Source: an uncultured Clostridia bacterium
GTDB lineage: Bacteria > Bacillota > Clostridia > Christensenellales > UBA1242
Direction of reading: 5' to 3'
Length of the DNA stretch: 64,000 nt
Assembly: GCA_944383685.1 (NCBI GenBank)
Contig: CALWQM010000006.1
Span: 25,767-89,766 of the forward strand
Part shown: one piece after another, positions 49,622 through 57,696 of the stretch
Numbering within the stretch: the stretch's first letter is position 1
Layout: each line of letters starts with the position of its first letter
Notes under the pieces: generated by a model
Told to the model about the DNA's origin: nothing
The model's database searches: none
The model's input: the letters and a program-made list of their open reading frames with translations, nothing else
Position numbers and translations under genes: made by a program

Positions 49622-50436
49622 ATGTTGTTGGAGTTAAATTTAAAAACAGTAATCACGTTTACAGTTTTTCACCAAATGGTTTGAAATTAAAAAAGGGTGA
49701 TTATGTTATTGTTCAAACCGAAAAGGGTGAGGACCTTGGGGTTATTGTGAAAGAAGAATACCAAACGAACCACGAAGATTTGGTTTCAGCGCTTAAAAAT
49801 GTTGTTAAAGTTGCATCACCTGAAATGGTTAAAAAGGCAGAAGAATATGACAAAAAGGCCGCAGAGCACACACAAAAAGTGAAGGAAATTGTTAAATCTT
49901 TCAATTTGGATATGAAGGTGGTTAAAGTTGAAGCCAATTTTGATAACAGTAAGTTAATTATCAATTTCACCGCTGAAAACAGAGTTGATTTCAGGGATTT
50001 AGTAAAAAAGCTTGCAGAAGTTTTTAAAACAAGGGTGGAATTAAGACAAATTGGAAGTCGTGACGAAGTGAGAATGCTTGGTGGATTTGGACCTTGTGGC
50101 AAGATTTGTTGTTGTGTTCAAAACTTTGGAGAGTTTGACCATGTTTCAATGAAAATGGCAAAAAATCAAAATTTGTCACTTAACCCAAACAGCATAAGTG
50201 GACTTTGTGGAAAGTTAATGTGTTGCATTGCTTACGAAAATCCAACCTATCAAGAGTCTATTAAACTTATGCCAAAAGTTAACAGCGAAGTAAAGACAAA
50301 AGATGGAGTTGGAGTTGTGGTTTACAATGACTTACTCAACAGAAAGGTTGATGTGAAATTTGTTAAAGGGGATGAAAGTGAAATAAAAACTTATTCTCTT
50401 GAAGAAATCAAATTTAACAAGGAACAGTCCAATTAG
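49612..50436 (+). CDS. ricT: RicT/YaaT (PSP1 domain, stage 0 sporulation family)
   Basis: RVDFRDLVKKLA..FKTRVELRQIG.RDE, GPCGKICCC, ISGLCGKLMCCIAYE. Confidence 0.95.
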   Translation: MQINVVGVKFKNSNHVYSFSPNGLKLKKGDYVIVQTEKGEDLGVIVKEEYQTNHEDLVSALKNVVKVASPEMVKKAEEYDKKAAEHTQKVKEIVKSFNLDMKVVKVEANFDNSKLIINFTAENRVDFRDLVKKLAEVFKTRVELRQIGSRDEVRMLGGFGPCGKICCCVQNFGEFDHVSMKMAKNQNLSLNPNSISGLCGKLMCCIAYENPTYQESIKLMPKVNSEVKTKDGVGVVVYNDLLNRKVDVKFVKGDESEIKTYSLEEIKFNKEQSN

Positions 50437-50439
50437 TTT

Positions 50440-51177
50440 ATGTGTAACAAGGTAGAATTAGAAAAAGGCGAAAGAATTGAAGATTTGGGGTGTAATAATC
50501 TTAAAATAATTCAAAATAAAGATTATTATACTTTTACTTGTGATTCAGTGATACTTGCCAACTTTTTAAAAATTAAACCAAGGGAAATTGCAGTGGAAAT
50601 TGGGGCAGGAAGTGGTGTTGTTTCAATTCTTGCCTCTGCAAAAAACAAACCAAAAAAGATTGTTATGTTTGAGATACAAGAAGAATTGCAAAAACTTTGT
50701 GAAAAAAATATTATATTAAATAATTTATCCAATCTTTTGGAATTAAAAAAAGATGATGTGCTAAATTTTAATAAGTATTTTGAAAAAGGTTCAATTGATG
50801 TTGTTTTCTCAAATCCGCCTTATTTTGCAGTGGATGAAAATTTGGGAAATGAAGTGAGAAAAATTGCAAGGCAGGAAATTAAGTTGAATTTAGAAAACTT
50901 GATAAAAGTTTCAAGTGAAATGCTTAAATACAAAGGTAGATTATATTTGGTGTATCCAGCAGAAAGAATGTGTGAACTTGTTTTTGTTTGTATGAAAAAT
51001 AATCTTGCAATTAAAAAAATGTTCTTCACAGATAATGGCAAAGGTAAAATAACACTGGTTGTTATTGAAGCGGTAAAGGGCGGTAAAGATAAAGTTAAAA
51101 TTTTGCCAACTCTTAAAACCAACACAGAAGATGGGAAATTTTTAGAAGAATTAAAAACAAGAAAATTTTTATCTTAA
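50440..51177 (+). CDS. tRNA1(Val) adenine-N6 methyltransferase family (YabB/TrmN6)
   Basis: IIQNKDYYTFTCDSVILANF, EIGAGSG SAM motif, NPPYF. Located after yaaT. Confidence 0.88.
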   Translation: MCNKVELEKGERIEDLGCNNLKIIQNKDYYTFTCDSVILANFLKIKPREIAVEIGAGSGVVSILASAKNKPKKIVMFEIQEELQKLCEKNIILNNLSNLLELKKDDVLNFNKYFEKGSIDVVFSNPPYFAVDENLGNEVRKIARQEIKLNLENLIKVSSEMLKYKGRLYLVYPAERMCELVFVCMKNNLAIKKMFFTDNGKGKITLVVIEAVKGGKDKVKILPTLKTNTEDGKFLEELKTRKFLS

Positions 51178-51227
51178 AAGAAAAAATATAAAATAATCAA
51201 AAAAGAATTTATTAAAAATAAAAAAAC

Positions 51228-51258
51228 ACTAAAAAATACTAAAAAATACTAAAAAAAT
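51228..51258 (+). repeat. Three tandem copies of ACTAAAAAAT (third copy has one extra A)
   Basis: Read directly in the A-rich intergenic tract. Confidence 0.6.
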
Positions 51259-51265
51259 AAATAAA

Positions 51266-51295
51266 AAAGCTCAAAAAAATTGATTTTTGAGCTTT
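51266..51295. terminator. Bidirectional terminator between convergent genes
   Basis: AAAGCTCAAAAA-N6-TTTTTGAGCTTT with A run before and T run after. Confidence 0.8.
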
Positions 51296-51518
51296 ATTTT
51301 ATTAAAATTTAATTTATTTTTATATTAATTATTATTTTTAGGTTTATTTTCTTCTCCGCAATTAGGGCTCACGGGGGGGGTTGTCAAGCAAACATTACAA
51401 AATTTTATAATATAATAGATAGATAATATAATTTTAATGATTTTTTTGCATAAAATATTAAAAACATATAATGCGAATATGCTGTATCTTTAAATGCGAG
51501 ATAATATTTTAAAATAGG

Positions 51519-52025
51519 TTACATCACTTTACAAATTAAGCAGGCAAGTATTGTTCCAACAATGGAACAGATAAGGGCAACAGGAATGGCATATAAAAGT
51601 TTCTTCACTTTTGTTTGAGAAAAATAAACTGTTGCAACATAGAAAATTGTTTCACTGCATCCCATGATAACGCAGGCACATCTTGCAATGTAACTGTCTG
51701 CTCCATAGGTTGCCAAAACATTCTCTAAGAGTGCATAACTTCCACTTCCTGTGAAGGGCCTTAAAAGCACAAGCTCGCAGAGTTCTGGCGGAACGCCAAG
51801 TAAGTTAAAAATCGGGGTTAAAATTTGTGTCAGCCAAGTTGTTATTCCACTCACTCTTAAAAGTGCAACTGCAATCATTATGGAGGCGATGAAAGGGAAA
51901 ATATCCACAACAAGTTTAATTGCCCCTTTTGCACCCTTAACAAAATAGTCATAGGTATTTATTCTTTTATACATGCAGTATAAAATCAACAAAATAAAAA
52001 GGATAGGTAAAATGTATGCACTCAT
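51519..52025 (-). CDS. spmB: Spore maturation protein B
   Basis: YDYFVKGAKG, LLRPFTGSGS, MGCSETIFYVATVYF. ATGA overlap with spmA. Confidence 0.93.
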   Translation of the reverse strand: MSAYILPILFILLILYCMYKRINTYDYFVKGAKGAIKLVVDIFPFIASIMIAVALLRVSGITTWLTQILTPIFNLLGVPPELCELVLLRPFTGSGSYALLENVLATYGADSYIARCACVIMGCSETIFYVATVYFSQTKVKKLLYAIPVALICSIVGTILACLICKVM

Positions 52026-52603
52026 TCTTTCTTCCTACCTTTTATTTTCTTTCGCAGTTTTTCAATGCCATGCACAAGCAAAATTCCAAGCACAGTTGTT
52101 GTCACTGTCACAATAAGTGTTGGCAAAATTATGTCTGCGGGGTTGCTGCTGCCTGCACTTGAACGTAGTCCAATAACAGTTGTTGGCAGAAGTTGAATTG
52201 ATGTTGCATTGATAACAACCAGCATAATCATGGCAAAGTTTGCTTTTCCACTTTTATCGTCAAGAGCTTGCATTGCTTTTATGCCCATAGGAGTTGCCGC
52301 GTTCCCAACTCCAAGCATGTTGGCAGAAATGTTTAAGGCTATTATTTTTTGGATTTCTTCGTTGTCAACTTTGAATATCTTTTTGATTAACGGACGCAAA
52401 AGCTTTGCAAGTTTGGTTGATAAACCACTTGCATCAATAAGTTCAATAAAGCCCAGCCAAACCACATAAACTGCACAAAGTTCAAAACAAAGTTCCAAGG
52501 CATCTGTGGACGCGCCAATCATTTCGGCAAGCATGGCAGAAGGGTTTGTGATTAACAGGACAAGTATGGATGACAGCATCATCAAAATCCAAAAGATGTT
52601 CAT
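52022..52603 (-). CDS. spmA: Spore maturation protein A
   Basis: MNIFW start, NISANMLGVGNAATPMGIKAM and INATSIQLLPTTVI motifs. Confidence 0.93.
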   Translation of the reverse strand: MNIFWILMMLSSILVLLITNPSAMLAEMIGASTDALELCFELCAVYVVWLGFIELIDASGLSTKLAKLLRPLIKKIFKVDNEEIQKIIALNISANMLGVGNAATPMGIKAMQALDDKSGKANFAMIMLVVINATSIQLLPTTVIGLRSSAGSSNPADIILPTLIVTVTTTVLGILLVHGIEKLRKKIKGRKKE

Positions 52604-52659
52604 GTTTATATTTATGCTTGAAATTGCTGAAAAAGTCATTTTCTGTCATTTTATATCTG

Positions 52660-52688
52660 TTGACTTAAACAAGTTTTTTTGATAAACT
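52660..52688 (+). promoter_or_regulatory. Sigma-A promoter of tatD-rsmA
   Basis: TTGACT-N17-TAAACT with TG extension. GAGGT SD before ATG 52709. Confidence 0.65.
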
Positions 52689-52708
52689 TTAATTATTACG
52701 AGGTTGTT

Positions 52709-53467
52709 ATGTTTATTGATGTTCATGCGCATTTGAATGATGAAAAATTTGAGAATGTAGAAAGCATTGTTGAAAATGCTTTAAGTGAGAAGGTTGACAA
52801 AATTATCACTGCGGGGTTTGATATTGCTTCATCACGTAAAAATCTTGAAATCGCTTCAAGATTTCCAAATGTTTTTGCAACGATTGGGGTTCATCCAGAA
52901 ATGGTTGATGAGTTAGAAAAAGATTATCTTGAAGTTTTAAAAGATATGAGTAAAAATAAAAAGGTTGTTGCAATAGGGGAAATTGGTCTTGACTATCATT
53001 TTAAAAATGACAATAAAGAACTTCAAAAGGAAATTTTTGTTAAGCAAATTGAACTTGCCAACTTTTTAGATTTGCCTGTTGTGGTGCATAGCCGTGATGC
53101 AATGGGGGATACATTGGAACTATTAAAAAAGCATCCTCCCAAAAAGGAAAGTTTGCTTCATTGTTACAGTGGAAGCATTGAAAGTGCAAAGGAGTTTATT
53201 AAGCTTGGTTTTTCATTCTCTTTTGGTGGGGTGGTGACTTTTAATAATGCTAAAAATGTGGTTAAGGTTGTGGAAGAATTGCCTATTGAAAAAATTATGC
53301 TTGAAACAGATTGCCCTTATATGGCACCTGTGCCTTTTAGGGGAAAGAGGAATGAGCCTATGTATATTCCATATATTGCAAGGAAGATAGCAGAAATAAA
53401 AAATATTGAAGTTGAAAAAATTGCAGAAATAACCACAAAAAATGCTGAAAAAATGTTTAAAATATAG
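52709..53467 (+). CDS. tatD: TatD family deoxyribonuclease
   Basis: DVHAH, GVHP, AIGEIGLDY, VVHSRDA, LHCYSG, ETDCPY. Confidence 0.95.
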   Translation: MFIDVHAHLNDEKFENVESIVENALSEKVDKIITAGFDIASSRKNLEIASRFPNVFATIGVHPEMVDELEKDYLEVLKDMSKNKKVVAIGEIGLDYHFKNDNKELQKEIFVKQIELANFLDLPVVVHSRDAMGDTLELLKKHPPKKESLLHCYSGSIESAKEFIKLGFSFSFGGVVTFNNAKNVVKVVEELPIEKIMLETDCPYMAPVPFRGKRNEPMYIPYIARKIAEIKNIEVEKIAEITTKNAEKMFKI

Positions 53468-53502
53468 TAAAAAATCAATTTTTTATAATAAAAGGGAAAA
53501 TA

Positions 53503-54288
53503 ATGTTTAATTTTAAGAAAAAATTTGGGCAAAATTTCATAAGTGACACAAACCTTTTAAAAGCAATTGTTGCTGATGCGGGTATAAATGAAGATGATGT
53601 TGTGCTTGAAATTGGGGCGGGTGCAGGAGCACTCACAAAAGAACTTTCACTTGCCAGCAAGAGAGTTGTTTCGTACGAAATTGACTTTGAGCTTAAAGAA
53701 CAACTTTTGTCACTTGGGTTAAAAAATGTTGAGTTTAGATTTGAAGATTTTATGAAGGCAAATCTTAAAGATCTTGATGCAGAACTTAGAAAATTTGAGG
53801 TGGTTGCAAATTTGCCATATTACATCACAACACCAATCATTTTCAAACTTCTTGAAGAAAGTGAAAAAGTTTCTTCGCTTTCAATTATGGTTCAAAAAGA
53901 AGTTGCCGAACGAATTATTGCGAAGGCTGGCGGAAAGGATTATGGAATACTGACTGTTATGATAAACTTTTATGGCAATGCAGCAATATCACGAATTGTG
54001 AAAAGACAGATGTTTAACCCCATGCCAAATGTTGATTCTGCAATGGTGACAATTAAAATTGACAAAAACAAGTTTGTGGATATTGATAAGGCTAAATTTG
54101 GCAAGTTTGTTAAAGCATGCTTTTCAATGAGAAGAAAAACTTTGCTGAATAACTTGTCGACAATCATTCCAAAGGAAAAGTTGAAAAGTGTTTTAGACGA
54201 AGAAACTTTGAAAAGACGCGCTGAAACTTTTTCGACTGATGAATTTGTGGAACTGTTTAGAAAACTTAATGTTTGTCAATATCAATAA
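53503..54288 (+). CDS. rsmA: 16S rRNA m6,2A1518/1519 dimethyltransferase KsgA
   Basis: KKKFGQNF, EIGAGAG, VANLPYYITTP, MVQKEVAER, RRKTL.NNL. Confidence 0.97.
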   Translation: MFNFKKKFGQNFISDTNLLKAIVADAGINEDDVVLEIGAGAGALTKELSLASKRVVSYEIDFELKEQLLSLGLKNVEFRFEDFMKANLKDLDAELRKFEVVANLPYYITTPIIFKLLEESEKVSSLSIMVQKEVAERIIAKAGGKDYGILTVMINFYGNAAISRIVKRQMFNPMPNVDSAMVTIKIDKNKFVDIDKAKFGKFVKACFSMRRKTLLNNLSTIIPKEKLKSVLDEETLKRRAETFSTDEFVELFRKLNVCQYQ

Positions 54289-54307
54289 AATTTAAATATA
54301 TATTATT

Positions 54308-54463
54308 ATGGAGAAAGAAGACTTAATTACCCTTGCAACCTTTATTGCTATGGAACTTTCAAGGGGGAAAACCGTTGAAGAAATAAGAGAGATGCGGGAC
54401 CTTGTTAATCAAGTTGCTTGTTCTTTAAACACGCTTTTAAGTTGCAGACCTTATAAAAAATAA
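54308..54463 (+). CDS. Small 51-aa protein MEKEDLITLATFIAMELSRGKTVEEIREMRDLVNQVACSLNTLLSCRPYKK (DUF6774-like; not in ORF track)
   Basis: Clean ORF with coding-like composition inside a very AT-rich gap. The LATFIA..L..GKT.EE....L..Q pattern recalls small clostridial DUF6774 proteins. Confidence 0.65.
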   Translation: MEKEDLITLATFIAMELSRGKTVEEIREMRDLVNQVACSLNTLLSCRPYKK

Positions 54464-54608
54464 AATAAAAATAATAAAATAAATTATTAAAAATAGAAAA
54501 AATATTAATAAAATTCAAAAAAATATAGAAAAAATCATAAAAAATAGTATTTTTTAATTTTTATTAAATTTTAAATACGAAAAATATTATAAAATTATTA
54601 TTAAAAAT

Positions 54609-54646
54609 AAAAAAACTAAAATACATTAAAATATTTTAGTTTTTTT
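54609..54646. terminator. Bidirectional terminator between the small ORF and rplI
   Basis: 15-bp stem AAAAAAACTAAAATA / TATTTTAGTTTTTTT with an 8-nt loop. Confidence 0.65.
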
Positions 54647-54655
54647 CATCTTATT

Positions 54656-55105
54656 TTATTCGGCAAGAGGGATAACATTAACAGTAAATTTTGCAGTTAT
54701 ATCAGGATAAATTTTAGCAGTCAATTTGTATGAGCCAGATAGTTTAATTGGTTCTTTTAAATCAATTTTTTTCTTGTCTATGCTGACCCCCAATTTTTCA
54801 AGTTCTTCTGCAATTTCTTTGCTTGTGATTGAACCGAACATTTTTCCATTTGCACCGCATTTAATTTTTATATTGATGTCTTTTCCTTCAATCTTTTTTG
54901 CAAGTTCTTTTGCTGCTTTAATTTCTTCTTGTTTATGAAATGCTTGTGCGCTTTTTTGAATTTTGTTTTCACTTATTGCAGAGTTGTCAGCAAGTTTTGC
55001 CAACTTTTGTTTAAATAAGAAGTTATTTGCAAAACCGTCTGCAACTTCCTTTATCTCTCCCTTTTTGCCTGTGCCTTTAACATCTTTTAAAAGTACTACT
55101 TTCAT
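54656..55105 (-). CDS. rplI: 50S ribosomal protein L9
   Basis: [30 protein letters not shown] and GKMFGSIT. Confidence 0.98.
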   Translation of the reverse strand: MKVVLLKDVKGTGKKGEIKEVADGFANNFLFKQKLAKLADNSAISENKIQKSAQAFHKQEEIKAAKELAKKIEGKDINIKIKCGANGKMFGSITSKEIAEELEKLGVSIDKKKIDLKEPIKLSGSYKLTAKIYPDITAKFTVNVIPLAE

Positions 55106-55140
55106 ATTTTTCTCCTTTTGTTAAATTTTAATATAATTTA

Positions 55141-55169
55141 GTTTTATTTGTCAAGAAATGGGAAATAAT
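55141..55169 (+). promoter_or_regulatory. Candidate sigma-F/G-type forespore promoter
   Basis: GTTTT-N15-GGAAATAAT compared with the consensus GYWTA-N15-GGnnAnAnT. Confidence 0.4.
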
Positions 55170-55191
55170 AGTTTGTGATAAGTGAGGGGTT

Positions 55192-55500
55192 ATGGACATT
55201 AGATGCAGAAAAACAAGTTGTATTTATAATGATAGATACACATGTAAAGCAAAAAATATTGATATTTCAAAAAGTTGTGTTTGCCGAAAGTTTCAAAAAG
55301 GGAATGATCCAGTTGTGGATAAAACAAAAAACATGTTTTCAAGAACTCCAAGTTATGCACCTCAAAGAGATAGCAAAACAATTAAGATTGAATGTTCCGC
55401 ACATTGCCTTTTTAACAATGATGGTGATTGCCAGGCGAATGGGGTTACGCTTAATGATTTAAAATCAAAGCCATACTGTATAACCTTTTTAAGGAAATAA
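55192..55500 (+). CDS. Cys-rich protein with tandem DUF1540-like domains
   Basis: Two copies of I.C....C..N....C.A..I/V, ending in CITF. GAGGGG SD. Confidence 0.7.
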   Translation: MDIRCRKTSCIYNDRYTCKAKNIDISKSCVCRKFQKGNDPVVDKTKNMFSRTPSYAPQRDSKTIKIECSAHCLFNNDGDCQANGVTLNDLKSKPYCITFLRK

Positions 55501-55603
55501 AGTTCTGGGGTTTATCACCTTTTACATAACAAAAATTTTACAAAAAATATATTGCTTTTAATTTCACAGATATAGTATAATTTTCATATAAAGGAAGGGA
55601 GTT

Positions 55604-57070
55604 ATGGAATTTTCTACTAATGAAAAGCTTACAAACAATCTTATCAATGATATTCAGGGTGCAAACGAAAGATTGGAGCAGGAAGTAAATCGTCTTCTTG
55701 GCGACAGCCTTGACCAAGTTGCTGATAAGCTGCCTGATGCCGACAACAAGGAAGAATTAAAAGTTGATTTCTCTCAAATTGTGCAAAAATTTGAAAATTT
55801 CAGCCAAATGGAAACAATATTGCGAAGTGGGCTTATTGGGGAATATCAAAACGGCAAATATGATATTGCAGATGGCGTTAAGAAAGATTTGCTTAAATTA
55901 AGAAAAATTGTTGACGATGAGCAAGAAAATATTATTAAATGCCATGCTTTCTATGGTGAACGCAACTTTGATTTTGTTATTGAATATGACAGCCTTACAA
56001 CCTATTGTTCATCAAAAATTTATTTAATTGAAGATAGAGATGATGTTGACATTGTGGAAAAATTGAAAACACTTGTCGGTGCAGAAGTTTTTCCTGGTGG
56101 AACAGATGTTGTGGAATCAATAAGTAAAGCTTGGAATTTGAAAAAAGGGACAGATGAAGAAGGCGAGAGTCAAGAAATTGAACTAACTGACCTTGATGCA
56201 GTTTTGCTTGGAGTTAAGAAGGACTATGCTTTCAGTAAGGAACTTATGGAAATTTTGTCCCAAATATATATTTTGAGGATGACTGCTCTTTATGGAAAAC
56301 TTGGAGAAGAAGGACAAAAGATTTTGAACGAATATAATAAAATTGTTAAAGGTCTTGCAATCACACGTCCATCAGTTCTTCAAAGTTACAGCAAATTAAA
56401 AAACATTTTAGATAAGGTCATAAAAAAACATGACGGAATTACAATGCTTAAAAATTCCAACGAAAAAGCTGTAAGCGAAATTTTAGAAAGTTACTATAAA
56501 CCTCTTGAAAGAATTAATATTAAAGTTAGCCAAAAAGCTGATGATATGGTAGCTGTCAACATTGAGCCTCAAAAGAAAACAATTGAAAAGGTGCAAAAAG
56601 CTGAAAAAAAAGCAAAAGCAGCAGAAAAAAGCAAACCTTCAAAGAAATCTGGCGGAAAATCAAGTGATGTTAAAGGACCAACTGTTAAACCTTGGGGAAG
56701 TTATAAATATGAAGATACAGCAGGTAAAATAAAAATCCCAATTTTCACTGTTCTTCGCCCAATACTTCCAGAGGTAAAATTGGAAACTCCTAAAAAAGAT
56801 AAAGGTGCCCCAGAAATCAAGCCTGTTGCACCTAAGCCAAAAATGCCCGAAAGAGAAATTAATGATGATGACATTTTCAATGGACTTAATGCAATGGGAG
56901 ATAAATCTAGTACCCAAATTATGGAAGGGACACCTTTAACGGCTGATAAAACAATAACAAGTGAAGCTCCACCTATTAATGAAGGTCCAATTGATTTAAA
57001 TACTCCTCCTGTTGATTTAGGAAATATACAGCCACAGGTAAAACAAAGTGGTGGTATGGAATTGAAATAA
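55604..57070 (+). CDS. Hypothetical protein (ORFan, 488 aa) with a Lys/Pro-rich low-complexity C-terminal third
   Basis: Long ORF with an AGGAAGGGAG SD, an upstream TTGCTT-N18-TATAAT promoter and its own terminator. Confidence 0.85.
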   Translation: MEFSTNEKLTNNLINDIQGANERLEQEVNRLLGDSLDQVADKLPDADNKEELKVDFSQIVQKFENFSQMETILRSGLIGEYQNGKYDIADGVKKDLLKLRKIVDDEQENIIKCHAFYGERNFDFVIEYDSLTTYCSSKIYLIEDRDDVDIVEKLKTLVGAEVFPGGTDVVESISKAWNLKKGTDEEGESQEIELTDLDAVLLGVKKDYAFSKELMEILSQIYILRMTALYGKLGEEGQKILNEYNKIVKGLAITRPSVLQSYSKLKNILDKVIKKHDGITMLKNSNEKAVSEILESYYKPLERINIKVSQKADDMVAVNIEPQKKTIEKVQKAEKKAKAAEKSKPSKKSGGKSSDVKGPTVKPWGSYKYEDTAGKIKIPIFTVLRPILPEVKLETPKKDKGAPEIKPVAPKPKMPEREINDDDIFNGLNAMGDKSSTQIMEGTPLTADKTITSEAPPINEGPIDLNTPPVDLGNIQPQVKQSGGMELK

Positions 57071-57099
57071 AAAAATGAAAGCCTAGGCTTTCATTTTTT
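57070..57099. terminator. Perfect 30-bp palindrome; bidirectional terminator between two convergent ORFans
   Basis: AAAAAATGAAAGCCTAGGCTTTCATTTTTT is its own reverse complement. Confidence 0.85.
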
Positions 57100-57131
57100 G
57101 TTTATATTTTATTTAATTGGAATTACGAAAT

Positions 57132-57530
57132 TTATTTTTTAATACGTCCTTGTTCATAAGCATTAACTTTTGGTAAATTTTCTTTGTTGCAAGCTTGCAT
57201 TGTGTACAAGAAACTTTTTGCAAAATCCTTAAATTCTTCACTGTTTTTATCTTTAATTTTGTTGTAATCTTCTTCAAATTGTTCAATATTCAAAGTTAAA
57301 AGTGTGTTTGAAATTTCTGGATAATCAAGGTACCTATTCATTGCCTTGTTAAAATCTGCAAAGGCATTAACAAAATCTCTGCTTAATCCCATATTTGCCA
57401 AGGTTACTTTAAGTTCGTCATATTCTTTTGAACCTTTACCTGTTGCAAGATTTGTGAAGAATCCTGAAATTTTAAAAGTTGTGTATTTTAAATCGCTTGA
57501 AGTTACTCTATGTGCATAATTTTTTAACAT
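57132..57530 (-). CDS. Hypothetical protein (ORFan, 132 aa)
   Basis: AAGGAAGGAG SD and its own promoter. No recognised motif. Confidence 0.8.
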   Translation of the reverse strand: MLKNYAHRVTSSDLKYTTFKISGFFTNLATGKGSKEYDELKVTLANMGLSRDFVNAFADFNKAMNRYLDYPEISNTLLTLNIEQFEEDYNKIKDKNSEEFKDFAKSFLYTMQACNKENLPKVNAYEQGRIKK

Positions 57531-57565
57531 ATCATTTCTCCTTCCTTTGGAAATTTCTTGACCTT

Positions 57566-57594
57566 ATTATAACACACTAATTTCAAATTGTAAA
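57566..57594 (-). promoter_or_regulatory. Sigma-A promoter for the 132-aa ORFan
   Basis: Minus strand TTTACA-N17-TATAAT with TG extension. Confidence 0.65.
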
Positions 57595-57696
57595 TAGGCT
57601 TTTTAAAAATTTTTGAATAAAAGTGTTTTTTTGCCACATTCTACTTTTTAAATTTTAGTTTTGGCGTGTTTTGGAAATATTAAAAGTAGGTGCTGT

